Positions 20,567 through 29,735 of a DNA stretch of 41,094 nt are shown here, piece by piece. Position numbers and translations under genes: made by a program. This DNA comes from a virus (taxonomy: Duplodnaviria; Heunggongvirae; Uroviricota; Caudoviricetes): the IMG/VR virus record IMGVR_UViG_2872152978_000011; one strand, 5' to 3'. Each line of letters begins with the position of its first letter. The first letter of the stretch is position 1. The notes under the pieces are model-generated. The model saw only the letters and a program-made list of their open reading frames with translations. It searched no databases and was not told the origin of the DNA.

Positions 20567-22168
20567 TCACCCGGAGAAGGTAAATCCCTCAAGAGGCAGC
20601 AACTCTGCCAGTCGCTCCTCCGGCCACTCCGGCAGACGCATCAGGACGTCTGTCAACCAGGCATGCGGCTCCAGACCGTTGCGTTTCGCGGTTTCCAGCA
20701 AGCTCATTATTTGCGCGGCGCGTTCTCCCGCCATCTGCGAACCGGCGAACAGCCACGATTTTCTGCCCAGAACCACGTTTTTGATGGCCCGTTCACACAC
20801 ATTATTATCCAGCGGCACCGCACCATCTTCCAGGAAGCGGCTCAGTTCCACGCGATGAGACAGCGCATAGGCAATGGCTTTGTGTAATGCCTTTCCCGGA
20901 GAACATTGCGGTTCCTGCTCTTCAAGCCATGACCACAGTTCTTCCAGTATCGGACGGGCATAACGCTGTCGCCACTGGCGGATTTTTTCCACGGGGCGGC
21001 TACTGATCTTCTTCTCAAGACGGTACAACCCCGCGATTTTCTTCACGGCTATGGCAGCCCGTGGATCTTTACTGATTTTATACAGGTCGGCGAAGCCCCT
21101 GCGGGCATGGGCCCAGCATCCGGCCAGCGTGATCTCCGGCACTTTGTTTGCCAGAGTCCGGTATGCTTTATGTCCGTCGACAACCAGCGTCCCGCCCCAG
21201 CCCTGAAGCCAGTTTTCAGGATACTCATGGCTACGTCCGGTCCGGCAGTCGAAGCACACAACTGACGGTCCCGTCCTTTCTCCACTGACGTATGCCCACT
21301 GATAACCGGAGCAGGATTTACCGCCTTTCTTCGTGTTCAGGATCTTCAGGGTAGTCTCATCTGCATGCACCACCGGACGGTTTATCAACTCGCGATGGAG
21401 TAACGCCGCCAGGGGAGATAATGCGGCACCCGCCGCGCCAACCATGTCAGCCATCGAACTGACGGGCAGCCCGACATCTGAACGGGCAAAGACCTGTTGC
21501 TGGCGATACAGAGGCAGGTGGTCACCGTATTTATTGATGATCACCTGTGCGATGACTGATGGCTCAACGGCACTTTTCGGGAGGATATGTGCCGGCATTT
21601 CACCGCTGAACACCTTCTGGCAACAGGGACAACTGTATTGCGGACGGACATAACGGTTCACCACAAAGTGAGCGGGAATATACTCCAGTTTTTCACTCAC
21701 CGCATCGCGGATATAGTGCAGCGGCTCGTCACATTCAGGGCAATGGTCAGTGTCCGGCTGGATAATTTTTTCCACCCGTGGAAGATGAACCGGTAAGGGT
21801 TTGCGTATCGGGCGTGAACGGGACGCTTTTTCATCTTCTTCAGGGGATTGCGGGAGCAGTTTATCCAGATGTGCGGTAAGCGCGGCGATATCGGCATCAA
21901 CATCCTCTTCGAATAGGGAGCGTTGCATACCAGCCAGCGTTTCACATTTTTTTCCGAAGCGCTGTTGACGAACCAGTTTCAGCATTTCTTCCAGAAGCTG
22001 GATGCGCCGGCTTTTCTCCAGTAATTCCCGCTCTTTTTCGGCATTCTCCGACATGACTTCTTGTACCATGGCAAGTGCCATAGCACGCAGTTTTTCGATG
22101 TCATTCGTGGTGTTGAGAGCGGAGATATCCATACAGGGGAGTATACCACTCCAGATACGGATATTCAT
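20567..22168 (-). CDS. IS66-family transposase (orf3) of element X, 533 aa
   Basis: Homologous to, but clearly distinct from, the copy A/B transposase (same CPEC/DDE architecture). Confidence 0.85.
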   Translation of the reverse strand: MNIRIWSGILPCMDISALNTTNDIEKLRAMALAMVQEVMSENAEKERELLEKSRRIQLLEEMLKLVRQQRFGKKCETLAGMQRSLFEEDVDADIAALTAHLDKLLPQSPEEDEKASRSRPIRKPLPVHLPRVEKIIQPDTDHCPECDEPLHYIRDAVSEKLEYIPAHFVVNRYVRPQYSCPCCQKVFSGEMPAHILPKSAVEPSVIAQVIINKYGDHLPLYRQQQVFARSDVGLPVSSMADMVGAAGAALSPLAALLHRELINRPVVHADETTLKILNTKKGGKSCSGYQWAYVSGERTGPSVVCFDCRTGRSHEYPENWLQGWGGTLVVDGHKAYRTLANKVPEITLAGCWAHARRGFADLYKISKDPRAAIAVKKIAGLYRLEKKISSRPVEKIRQWRQRYARPILEELWSWLEEQEPQCSPGKALHKAIAYALSHRVELSRFLEDGAVPLDNNVCERAIKNVVLGRKSWLFAGSQMAGERAAQIMSLLETAKRNGLEPHAWLTDVLMRLPEWPEERLAELLPLEGFTFSG

Positions 22169-22174
22169 TATTTT

Positions 22175-22567
22175 TCACTGAGTTAGCAGTGTATTTTGCG
22201 TGTTTTCAGGGCGCAGTTCAGGTTCATTCTGCCAGACCCATTTCGTCAGGTCATGTCCCTTAACCTGCTGCCAGTCAACACCGGCAATCAGCCAGTTAAA
22301 CTCGTCGGGAGTGAGGTGCCAGGCAGTGTCATTTGCACGTGGCCAGCGGAAGCTGCCTTTGTGCAGACGGCGGGTACACAACCACACCCCGTGTTTATCC
22401 CACCGGAGAACTTTGATACGCGAACGGGCTTTGTTAACAAAGACGAAGGCGGCTCCCTCATGCCATGTCGACCGGAGTTCATCCTGTATATACTGCGTCA
22501 GTGAGTCGATGCCCCGGCGCATGTCAACAGGTTTAATTGCGATGAAGACATTATCAGGACTGAGCAT
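22175..22567 (-). CDS. IS66-family orf2 (TnpB) of element X
   Basis: 130 aa, alignable by eye with the copy A TnpB (…WLCTRRLHKGSFRWP versus …LCLFTRRLEEGQFIWP). Confidence 0.8.
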   Translation of the reverse strand: MLSPDNVFIAIKPVDMRRGIDSLTQYIQDELRSTWHEGAAFVFVNKARSRIKVLRWDKHGVWLCTRRLHKGSFRWPRANDTAWHLTPDEFNWLIAGVDWQQVKGHDLTKWVWQNEPELRPENTQNTLLTQ

Positions 22568-22671
22568 ATTTGAGTGCCCTGAAGAGTAAGCGTAAACTGA
22601 CCGCCGTATGTAGCCATTAAGCCTGTATTGGTAACGTAGGTGCCCACCTTTTCAACTAGTGGACACCTGTT

Positions 22672-23091
22672 ATGGAACAGAAAGCATTATCTGCAGAACC
22701 CCGCAGATCATTTTCAAATGAGTTTAAACTTCAAATGGTTAAACTGGCTTCACAACCAGGAGCCTCTGTTGCCCGTATTGCCCGGGAACACGATATCAAT
22801 GATAACCTGCTGTTCAAATGGCTCAGGCTCTGGCAGAACGAAGGGCGCATATCGCGGCGTCTTCCGGTAACAACCTCTTCTGACACTGGCGTTGAATTAT
22901 TACCTGTGGAGATAACGCCGGATGAGCCGAAAGAACCGGTGGCTGCTCTTACTCCGTCTTTATCTACTCAGACTACAGTTAGTGCCAGCTCCTGCAAGGT
23001 GGAGTTCCGTCACGGTAACATGACGCTGGAAAATCCTTCACCAGAGCTGCTCACAGTGTTGATCCGTGAACTGACCGGGTGGGGACGATGA
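22672..23091 (+). CDS. IS66-family orf1 (TnpA), copy B
   Basis: Identical protein to 19692-20111. Confidence 0.85.
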   Translation: MEQKALSAEPRRSFSNEFKLQMVKLASQPGASVARIAREHDINDNLLFKWLRLWQNEGRISRRLPVTTSSDTGVELLPVEITPDEPKEPVAALTPSLSTQTTVSASSCKVEFRHGNMTLENPSPELLTVLIRELTGWGR

Positions 23092-23438
23092 TCTCACTCC
23101 CGTCAGGCACCCGCATCTGGCTCGTTGCTGGGATAACCGATATGCGTAAGTCTTTCAACGGGCTGGGTGAACAGGTACAGCATGTGCTGAATGATAATCC
23201 CTTCTCCGGTCACCTGTTCATCTTCCGTGGCCGACGGGGTGACATGATTAAAATCCTGTGGGCTGATGCTGATGGTCTGTGCCTGTTCACCAGACGCCTG
23301 GAGGAAGGCCAGTTTATCTGGCCTGCTGTGCGTGACGGCAAGGTATCCATTACCCGCTCGCAACTGGCAATGCTCCTCGATAAGCTGGACTGGCGTCAGC
23401 CAAAAACATCCCGCCTTAACGCACTGACAATGTTGTAA
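23079..23438 (+). CDS. IS66-family orf2 (TnpB), copy B
   Basis: Identical protein to 19345-19704. Confidence 0.9.
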   Translation: MGTMISLPSGTRIWLVAGITDMRKSFNGLGEQVQHVLNDNPFSGHLFIFRGRRGDMIKILWADADGLCLFTRRLEEGQFIWPAVRDGKVSITRSQLAMLLDKLDWRQPKTSRLNALTML

Positions 23439-23468
23439 AAATGTCATGGCCGGATTATAAAAACGGCC

Positions 23469-25061
23469 ATGAATCAAAAATACCTCATTCGCATTGCAGA
23501 ACTGGAATGCCAGCTCCGTCAGAAAGACCAGCAACTGAGTCTGGTTGAAGAGACGGAGGCCTTCCTGCGCTCTGCACTGGCCCGCGCCGAAGAAAAGATC
23601 GAAGAAGATGAACGGGAAATAGAACATCTGCGGGCTCAGATAGAAAAACTGCGCCGGATGCTGTTCGGTACCCGTTCTGAAAAACTGCGTCGTGAAGTTG
23701 AACAGGCTGAGGCCCTGCTGAAACAACGCGAACAGGACAGTGATCGTTACAGTGGGCGGGAAGACGATCCGCAGGTTCCCCGCCAGTTGCGACAGTCTCG
23801 TCATCGTCGCCCGTTACCGGAGCATCTGCCCCGCGAAATAAATCGCCTGGAGCCAGAAGAAAGCTGTTGCCCGGAGTGTGGCGGTGAGCTGGATTATCTG
23901 GGGGAAGTCAGCGCAGAACAACTGGAACTGGTGAGCAGCGCTCTGAAAGTGATCCGCACAGAACGGGTAAAAAAAGCCTGTACAAAATGTGACTGCATCG
24001 TTGAAGCACCGGCACCATCCCGTCCGATAGAGCGTGGTATCGCGGGCCCGGGGTTACTTGCCCGCGTGTTAACGGGAAAATACTGCGAACACCTGCCACT
24101 GTATCGTCAGAGTGAAATTTTTGCCCGTCAGGGTGTCGAACTGAGCCGTGCATTACTCTCCAACTGGGTTGACGCGTGCTGCCAGTTAATGACGCCGCTG
24201 AATGATGCTCTGTACCGTTATGTGATGAACAGCCGCAAAGTTCACACTGATGACACACCAGTAAAAGTGCTGGCACCGGGCAGGAAGAAGGCGAAAACAG
24301 GATATATCTGGACGTATGTCCGGGATGACAGGAATGCCGGTTCGCCAGAGCCTCCGGCGGTCTGGTTCGCCTACTCACCGGACCATCAGGGTAAACATCC
24401 GGAGCAGCACCTTAGTCCCTTCCGGGGTATCCTGCAGGCAGATGCGTTTAATGGTTACGATCGGCTGTTCAGTGCCGAACGAGAAGGCGGCGCGTTGACG
24501 GAAGCAGGATGCTGGGCTCATGCGCGGCGCAAAGTCCACGATGTATATATCAGTACCAAAAGCGCGACAGCGGAAGAAGCCCTGAAACTAATCGGTGAGC
24601 TGTACGCCATCGAGCACGAAATACGCGGGTTGCCGGTGTCTGAACGCCTGGCGGTCAGGCAAATGCAGAGTAAACCGCTACTGACTTCCCTGTATAAGCT
24701 GATGCAGGAGAAAGAACAGACGTTATCGAAAAAATGCCGTCTGAGAGATGCGTTCCGGTATATCAGGAAGCACTGGGTTGCGTTGTGCAACTTCAGTGAT
24801 GATGGTCTGGCTGAGGCGGATAATAATGCCGCGGAAAGAGCGCTTCGTGCAGTCTGTCTCGGAAAGAAAAACTTTATGTTCTTCGGCAGCGATCACGGTG
24901 GAGAGCGTGGTGCGCTACTGTACGGGCTGATCGGCACCTGCCGACTGAACGGTATCGATCCGGAAGCGTATCTGCGCTATATCCTGAGCGTACTGCCGGA
25001 ATGGCCTTCCAACCGTGTTGACGAACTCCTGCCATGGAACGTAGCACTCACCAATAAATAA
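23469..25061 (+). CDS. IS66-family transposase (orf3/TnpC), copy B
   Basis: Identical 530-aa protein to 17722-19314. Confidence 0.9.
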   Translation: MNQKYLIRIAELECQLRQKDQQLSLVEETEAFLRSALARAEEKIEEDEREIEHLRAQIEKLRRMLFGTRSEKLRREVEQAEALLKQREQDSDRYSGREDDPQVPRQLRQSRHRRPLPEHLPREINRLEPEESCCPECGGELDYLGEVSAEQLELVSSALKVIRTERVKKACTKCDCIVEAPAPSRPIERGIAGPGLLARVLTGKYCEHLPLYRQSEIFARQGVELSRALLSNWVDACCQLMTPLNDALYRYVMNSRKVHTDDTPVKVLAPGRKKAKTGYIWTYVRDDRNAGSPEPPAVWFAYSPDHQGKHPEQHLSPFRGILQADAFNGYDRLFSAEREGGALTEAGCWAHARRKVHDVYISTKSATAEEALKLIGELYAIEHEIRGLPVSERLAVRQMQSKPLLTSLYKLMQEKEQTLSKKCRLRDAFRYIRKHWVALCNFSDDGLAEADNNAAERALRAVCLGKKNFMFFGSDHGGERGALLYGLIGTCRLNGIDPEAYLRYILSVLPEWPSNRVDELLPWNVALTNK

Positions 25062-25288
25062 GCGTCAATACGGTGCTCCGTTGACGCTTACCCTGAAGAC
25101 ATCGGTAAGTTGTGACGGCTGACAGCACATCCGTACTCCACCGGGAAGGAAGAGCGTGACTGGCTCATTCGTGACGGGCTGTGGTACATCAGCATGCAGT
25201 GGTGGCGCAATATGAACGTAAGCGTACAGCCTGAACCGTCTGGTCAGAATCTGACGAATTAAACAAAGTGGTGTCCACCAAATAAGTA

Positions 25289-25690
25289 GTGGGAACCAAA
25301 GTGTCAGATATGCAGAAAAATGTGAATCCCGGCAGGCGAAAAGGCTGCCCTAATTATCCTCCCGAATTTAAACAGCAGCTCGTTGCTGCCTCCTGTGAAC
25401 CCGGGATATCCATCTCAAAACTTGCTCTTGAAAATGGCATTAACGCCAATCTGTTGTTCAAATGGCGACAACAATGGCGCGAGGGAAAGCTGCTATTACC
25501 TTCTTCAGAGAGCCCCCAGCTACTTCCTGTGACTCTCGATGCAGCTGCCGAACAGCCAGAATCGCTCGCAGAGGATCCGGAAACCCTCAGTATCAGCTGT
25601 GAGGTAACGTTCCGGCACGGGACGCTCCGCTTCAATGGCAATGTCAGCGAAAAGCTCCTGACTCTGCTGATACAGGAACTGAAGCGATGA
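25289..25690 (+). CDS. IS66-family orf1 (TnpA) of element Y
   Basis: 133 aa HTH protein (...GISISKLALENGINANLLFKWRQQW...). Confidence 0.8.
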   Translation: MGTKVSDMQKNVNPGRRKGCPNYPPEFKQQLVAASCEPGISISKLALENGINANLLFKWRQQWREGKLLLPSSESPQLLPVTLDAAAEQPESLAEDPETLSISCEVTFRHGTLRFNGNVSEKLLTLLIQELKR

Positions 25691-26034
25691 TCCCGTTACC
25701 TTCCGGGACCAAAATTTGGCTGGTTGCCGGTATCACCGATATGAGAAATGGCTTCAACGGCCTGGCGGCAAAGGTGCAGACGACGCTGAAAGACGATCCG
25801 ATGTCAGGTCACGTTTTTATCTTCCGTGGGCGTAATGGCAGTCAGGTAAAGCTCCTCTGGTCTACCGGCGATGGACTGTGTCTGCTGACCAAACGGCTGG
25901 AGCGCGGCCGCTTCGCCTGGCCGTCAGCCCGGGATGGCAAAGTGTTCCTCACACCGGCACAGCTGGCGATGCTCCTTGAAGGTATCGACTGGCGGCAGCC
26001 TAAAAGACTGCTTACGTCCCTGACTATGTTGTAA
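25687..26034 (+). CDS. IS66-family orf2 (TnpB) of element Y
   Basis: MIPLPSGTKIWLVAGITDMRNGFNGL...; start overlaps the orf1 stop. Confidence 0.9.
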   Translation: MIPLPSGTKIWLVAGITDMRNGFNGLAAKVQTTLKDDPMSGHVFIFRGRNGSQVKLLWSTGDGLCLLTKRLERGRFAWPSARDGKVFLTPAQLAMLLEGIDWRQPKRLLTSLTML

Positions 26035-26082
26035 GCCTCTTTATCCTGGTCGACGCTGAATGAGCCTGGTAATATACCCGGT

Positions 26083-27621
26083 ATGAGCAGCTCACTTCCT
26101 GACGATATCAATGCACTGAAACGTCTCCTTGCCGAACAGGAGGCGCTGAACCGTGCCCTGCTGGAAAAGCTGAACGAGCGTGAACGCGAAATAGACCATC
26201 TGCAGGCACAGCTGGATAAGCTGCGCCGGATGAACTTCGGCAGCCGCTCCGAAAAAGTCTCCCGTCGTATCGCACAGATGGAAGCTGACCTGAAGGCACT
26301 TCAGAAAGAAAGTGATACCCTTACCGGTCGGGTTGACGACCCGGCCGTGCAGCGCCCGCTGCGTCAAACCCGCACCCGCAAACCGTTCCCCGAATCACTC
26401 CCCCGCGATGAAAAACGGCTGCTGCCGGCAGCGTCATGCTGCCCGGAATGTGGAGGCTCACTGAGCTATCCGGGTGAGGATGCCGCCGAACAGCTGGAGT
26501 TGATGCGCAGCGTCTTCCGGGTTATCCGGACTGTACGTGAAAAGCATGCCTGTACTCAGTGCGATGCCATCGTGCAGGCCCCCGCGCCTTCACGGCCCAT
26601 CGAGCGGGGTATCGCAGGACCGGGGCTGCTGGCCCGCGTGCTGATCTCAAAGTATGCAGAGCACACCCCGCTGTACCGCCAGTCTGAAATGTACGGCCGC
26701 CAGGGCGTGGAGCTGAGTCGTTCACTGCTGTCGGGCTGGGTGGATGCATGCTGCCGGCTACTGTCACCGCTGGAAGAAGCGCTTCAGGATTATGTGCTGA
26801 CTGACGGTAAGCTCCATGCTGATGACACGCCTGTCCCGGTGCTGTTGCCAGGCAATAAGAAAACGAAGACCGGGCGGTTATGGACCTACGTTCGTGACGA
26901 CCGTAACGCCGGGTCAACGCTGGCGCCGGCGGTGTGGTTCGCTTACAGCCCGGACAGAAAAGGCATCCATCCGCAGACCCATCTTGCGGGGTTCAGTGGT
27001 GTACTGCAGGCGGATGCATACGCCGGGTTCAACGAGCTGTACCGGGATGGCCGGATAACGGAAGCCGCCTGTTGGGCTCACGCCCGCCGTAAAATCCACG
27101 ATGTGCACGTTCGCACCCCGTCAGCCCTGACGGAGGAAGCGCTGAAACGGATCGGCGAACTGTACGCCATCGAGGCAGAGATAAGGGGAATGACGGCGGA
27201 GCAGCGCCTTGCCGAACGTCAGTTGAAAACGAAACCGCTGCTGAAATCCCTGGAAAGCTGGCTGCGTGAAAAGATGAAAACCCTGTCGCGACACTCAGAA
27301 CTGGCGAAAGCGTTCGCATACGCCCTGAACCAGTGGCCGGCGCTGACGTACTATGCAGATGATGGCCGGGCTGAGGCGGACAATAACATCGCTGAAAATG
27401 CGTTGCGGATGGTCAGTCTGGGCCGCAAAAACTACCTGTTCTTCGGTTCGGATCATGGAGGAGAGCGGGGAGCGCTGCTGTACAGCCTGATCGGGACGTG
27501 CAAACTGAACGGAGTGGAGCCAGAAAGCTACCTCCGCTATGTACTTGACGTCATAGCCGACTGGCCGATAAACCGGGTCGGCGAACTGCTCCCCTGGCGC
27601 GTAGCACTGCCGACTGAATAA
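26083..27621 (+). CDS. IS66-family transposase (orf3/TnpC) of element Y, 512 aa
   Basis: CPECGG...CTQCD zinc ribbon plus DDE region; homologous to the other two TnpC proteins. Confidence 0.9.
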   Translation: MSSSLPDDINALKRLLAEQEALNRALLEKLNEREREIDHLQAQLDKLRRMNFGSRSEKVSRRIAQMEADLKALQKESDTLTGRVDDPAVQRPLRQTRTRKPFPESLPRDEKRLLPAASCCPECGGSLSYPGEDAAEQLELMRSVFRVIRTVREKHACTQCDAIVQAPAPSRPIERGIAGPGLLARVLISKYAEHTPLYRQSEMYGRQGVELSRSLLSGWVDACCRLLSPLEEALQDYVLTDGKLHADDTPVPVLLPGNKKTKTGRLWTYVRDDRNAGSTLAPAVWFAYSPDRKGIHPQTHLAGFSGVLQADAYAGFNELYRDGRITEAACWAHARRKIHDVHVRTPSALTEEALKRIGELYAIEAEIRGMTAEQRLAERQLKTKPLLKSLESWLREKMKTLSRHSELAKAFAYALNQWPALTYYADDGRAEADNNIAENALRMVSLGRKNYLFFGSDHGGERGALLYSLIGTCKLNGVEPESYLRYVLDVIADWPINRVGELLPWRVALPTE

Positions 27622-27666
27622 CACATCCCCGTCAATACGGTTCTTGCTGCACGCTTACATATGAAC

Positions 27667-27846
27667 GGGAAGAACGGTCGGTTCATTTGCCCGGCGTTCA
27701 GCTTTTGCGACATCCTGCGGCCATTCGCGAAGTGATGTGAAGGGAATATCGTTGAGTTCACAGTATTGCTGACGTGTAAGACCACTGGCGCGCCAGGCAG
27801 CAACGTGCTGCCTTTTCTGTTCAATGGTCCATCGGGGTTTTGACAT
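27667..27846 (-). pseudogene. 5' part of orf1 (TnpA-like HTH) of element X, interrupted by element Y
   Basis: MSKPRWTIEQKRQHVAAWRASGLTRQQYCELNDIPFTSLREW...; the reading frame runs into the terminal repeat of Y. Confidence 0.5.
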
Positions 27847-27959
27847 CGATTATCTCCGGTAAGTTGGTGAATGGATGTCGGTAATACTAACTGACCGAAG
27901 ATCCCTGTGAAGATGACTTCCCCGTAACGACACGATTTGGTGTGGTTATTGCCACCTCC

Positions 27960-28361
27960 TTAATTCGTGTACGTGATCTGGTACGTGATTTCCGCCATCG
28001 CCCAGGTGGCCATCTCATTATCACGTTGATAGTTAAAACCGAGTGGGATCATGGTGTCGATGAGTCCGGAAAGCACCGGAATATCCTTCATGGCCGGAAA
28101 TATGGTGTTCTCCATCCACGTATCCAGCTCAGAATCCGGCGCCTGTGCACGGACGAAAACGGCAATATGCAGAACAGCCTGCCAGTCGTCCTCATCCGTC
28201 ATTTTTCCGGTGTACTGCGCATCACTCAGCCACACCGCCACGGCGGGCAGTTCCTGCGCATCAATAAATGCCGGAAGCCCGTCAAAAAGCACGACATTCC
28301 CCCCGCATTCGCCCTTCAGGCTTGCCAGTACTGCCTGGCGGATTTGTGTGTGCCTGTTCAT
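27960..28361 (-). CDS. U: Tail terminator protein U
   Basis: 133 aa, MNRHTQIRQAVLASLKGECGGNVVLFDGLPAFIDAQELPAVAVWLSDAQYTG... resembles lambda U; synteny Z-U-V. Confidence 0.85.
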   Translation of the reverse strand: MNRHTQIRQAVLASLKGECGGNVVLFDGLPAFIDAQELPAVAVWLSDAQYTGKMTDEDDWQAVLHIAVFVRAQAPDSELDTWMENTIFPAMKDIPVLSGLIDTMIPLGFNYQRDNEMATWAMAEITYQITYTN

Positions 28362-28945
28362 CCCAAATGTATCCTCAGTTGCTGTTTCAGGGCATACCCC
28401 AGCTGTTTCGGCATTTCCGCGGCAATGATGCGGTCGCGGGCATCCTCAAATGCCTGTGTCAGCGGTCCGGCCAGCGGAATTTTCACAACCTCCACGGGCA
28501 GACGATTTTTTCTGGGCCGCCCCTTACTGTCCTTTCCTGTTTCAAAACACGCTTCAGGAAGACGCCTGAGAACATGCCAGCGACCATTCGCCAGCTGCTG
28601 GATAAACGCACCACGAAAAAAGTATTTCCCCACCTTCAGTCCGTCACCGGCACGCCGGCATGTTGTGCCAAGCTTAATGGCGGGCAGATTGCCCCGGTTA
28701 ACACGGATACGGGCATACATTTTTCCTGCCGGACTGGCTTTAAATACCCGGACGCGCTGACGCACCAGTTTCAGGGGGCCCCCCTTCACCTGGTTATCTC
28801 CCACAACGGTATTCCTGGCGACCTGCCGGGTGGCAACCGAGACAACTTTTGCAGCAACCCGGTTTACTGCCCATGCGCTGGCCTGCGGCACCATACGGGT
28901 ATCAAGACTGTTCAGATTGCGGATGGCATTCTCAAGCACCCTCAT
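28358..28945 (-). CDS. Z: Tail completion protein Z (assigned mainly by synteny and size)
   Basis: 195-aa ORF between FII and U, overlapping both; sequence identity not recalled. Confidence 0.65.
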   Translation of the reverse strand: MRVLENAIRNLNSLDTRMVPQASAWAVNRVAAKVVSVATRQVARNTVVGDNQVKGGPLKLVRQRVRVFKASPAGKMYARIRVNRGNLPAIKLGTTCRRAGDGLKVGKYFFRGAFIQQLANGRWHVLRRLPEACFETGKDSKGRPRKNRLPVEVVKIPLAGPLTQAFEDARDRIIAAEMPKQLGYALKQQLRIHLG

Positions 28946-29300
28946 AATATCCCCCTGCCCTTACGTTTCCTGCTCCTTCACGCCGCAACCGGATATAACT
29001 ACATCCGCCGTCATCAGGAGTAATACGATCCACGCTGAAAGACTCCCGGCCAATCATCAGCGAATCATTGCGACACAGCTGTAAAATATCTGCCGTTTTC
29101 ACAAACAGGGATGGTAAAGAGTCTTCAATACGCACACCGCCGGCTACCAGAGAAATACTTTCAGGATCGTCAAAAACGCCGGAAATCCGGTGTCCTTTTA
29201 ACTGGCCTGATGTAATGACTGCAGTAATGCCCATATTGCGAATAATGGCCCTGTCTGCGAGATCAAGCGCGGCATCAAACAGATTATCGAAATCAGCCAC
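28932..29300 (-). CDS. FII: Head-tail joining protein FII
   Basis: MADFDNLFDAALDLADRAIIRNMGITAVITSG...GVFDDPESISLV...SLPSLFVKT... matches lambda FII. Confidence 0.85.
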   Translation of the reverse strand: MADFDNLFDAALDLADRAIIRNMGITAVITSGQLKGHRISGVFDDPESISLVAGGVRIEDSLPSLFVKTADILQLCRNDSLMIGRESFSVDRITPDDGGCSYIRLRREGAGNVRAGGYYEGA

Positions 29301-29311
29301 AATCCCCCCTG

Positions 29312-29695
29312 CTACTGCATTTTTACCAGGTCATCTTTTACCAGACTGGTGGCCATGCCGGCAGGCACGCGAAACACCGTTTCCGGCAGAACCAGTTTCA
29401 CTGGCTTATCCTGTGTGGCGTGAAGCGCGTCAATATGCAGCGTCGTCCGTGCCACCACCCTGACCAGCTCATCCGTATTCTGAATCATCCTCTCCGGCGG
29501 AACTGCCTCCCCGTTATTTTCCTGCCCGGTAAGCACACTTGCCTGGTTGTCAGTGCCATCCACACCACCAAGCTCCTCTTCCAGCTCTGCCACACGCTGT
29601 GCGATATCTGCCGCGCTTCCCGACATATCAGGCTCACGCCCCAGCAATTCTGACAGCTCTTTCAGACGTTTCAGATTCTCGTCTTTCTTTGCCAT
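29312..29695 (-). CDS. FI: DNA packaging/head assembly protein FI
   Basis: From the internal start MAKKDENLKRLKELSELLGREPDMSGS...HIDALHATQDKPVKLVLPETVFRVPAGMA... (lambda FI-like). The upstream head genes are absent; IS4 begins at 29736. Confidence 0.8.
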   Translation of the reverse strand: MAKKDENLKRLKELSELLGREPDMSGSAADIAQRVAELEEELGGVDGTDNQASVLTGQENNGEAVPPERMIQNTDELVRVVARTTLHIDALHATQDKPVKLVLPETVFRVPAGMATSLVKDDLVKMQ

Positions 29696-29735
29696 ATTTC
29701 TTTCCGGTTCAGTAAAAAACGGGGGCATACTGCCC

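Larger units (their letters stand above)
22586..25091 (+). mobile_element. IS66-family element, copy B (2506 bp; encodes the same proteins as copy A), inserted in orf1 of element X
   Basis: Same ends as copy A; flanked by the 8-bp direct repeat CCTGAAGA (22578-22585 and 25092-25099). Confidence 0.9.
25217..27658 (+). mobile_element. Third type of IS66-family element (Y, 2442 bp), inserted in orf1 of element X
   Basis: Ends GTAAGCGTACAGCC... (25217) and ...GCTGCACGCTTAC (27658); flanked by the 8-bp direct repeat ATATGAAC (25209-25216 and 27659-27666); three ORFs. Confidence 0.85.
20206..27934 (-). mobile_element. Second IS66-family element (X, about 2.76 kb of its own sequence) carrying two nested IS66-family insertions in its orf1
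   Basis: Imperfect terminal repeats TAAGCTTCCGGGGAACTCAT (20206) and, reverse-complemented, CGTGTCGTTACGGGGAAGTCAT (ending 27934); flanked by ATTTGGTG at 20198-20205 and 27935-27942. Contains orf3 and orf2, with orf1 split by copy B and by element Y. Confidence 0.6.

Noticed and set aside
27943-27959. Apparent ATA at the position of the V start codon
   Set aside because: Depends on my memory of the lambda U-V junction; a GTG three codons upstream could be the start, and V is inactivated by the IS nest regardless.
27942-28760. 272-aa plus-strand ORF
   Set aside because: Antisense to U and Z, which have good lambda-like matches and synteny.
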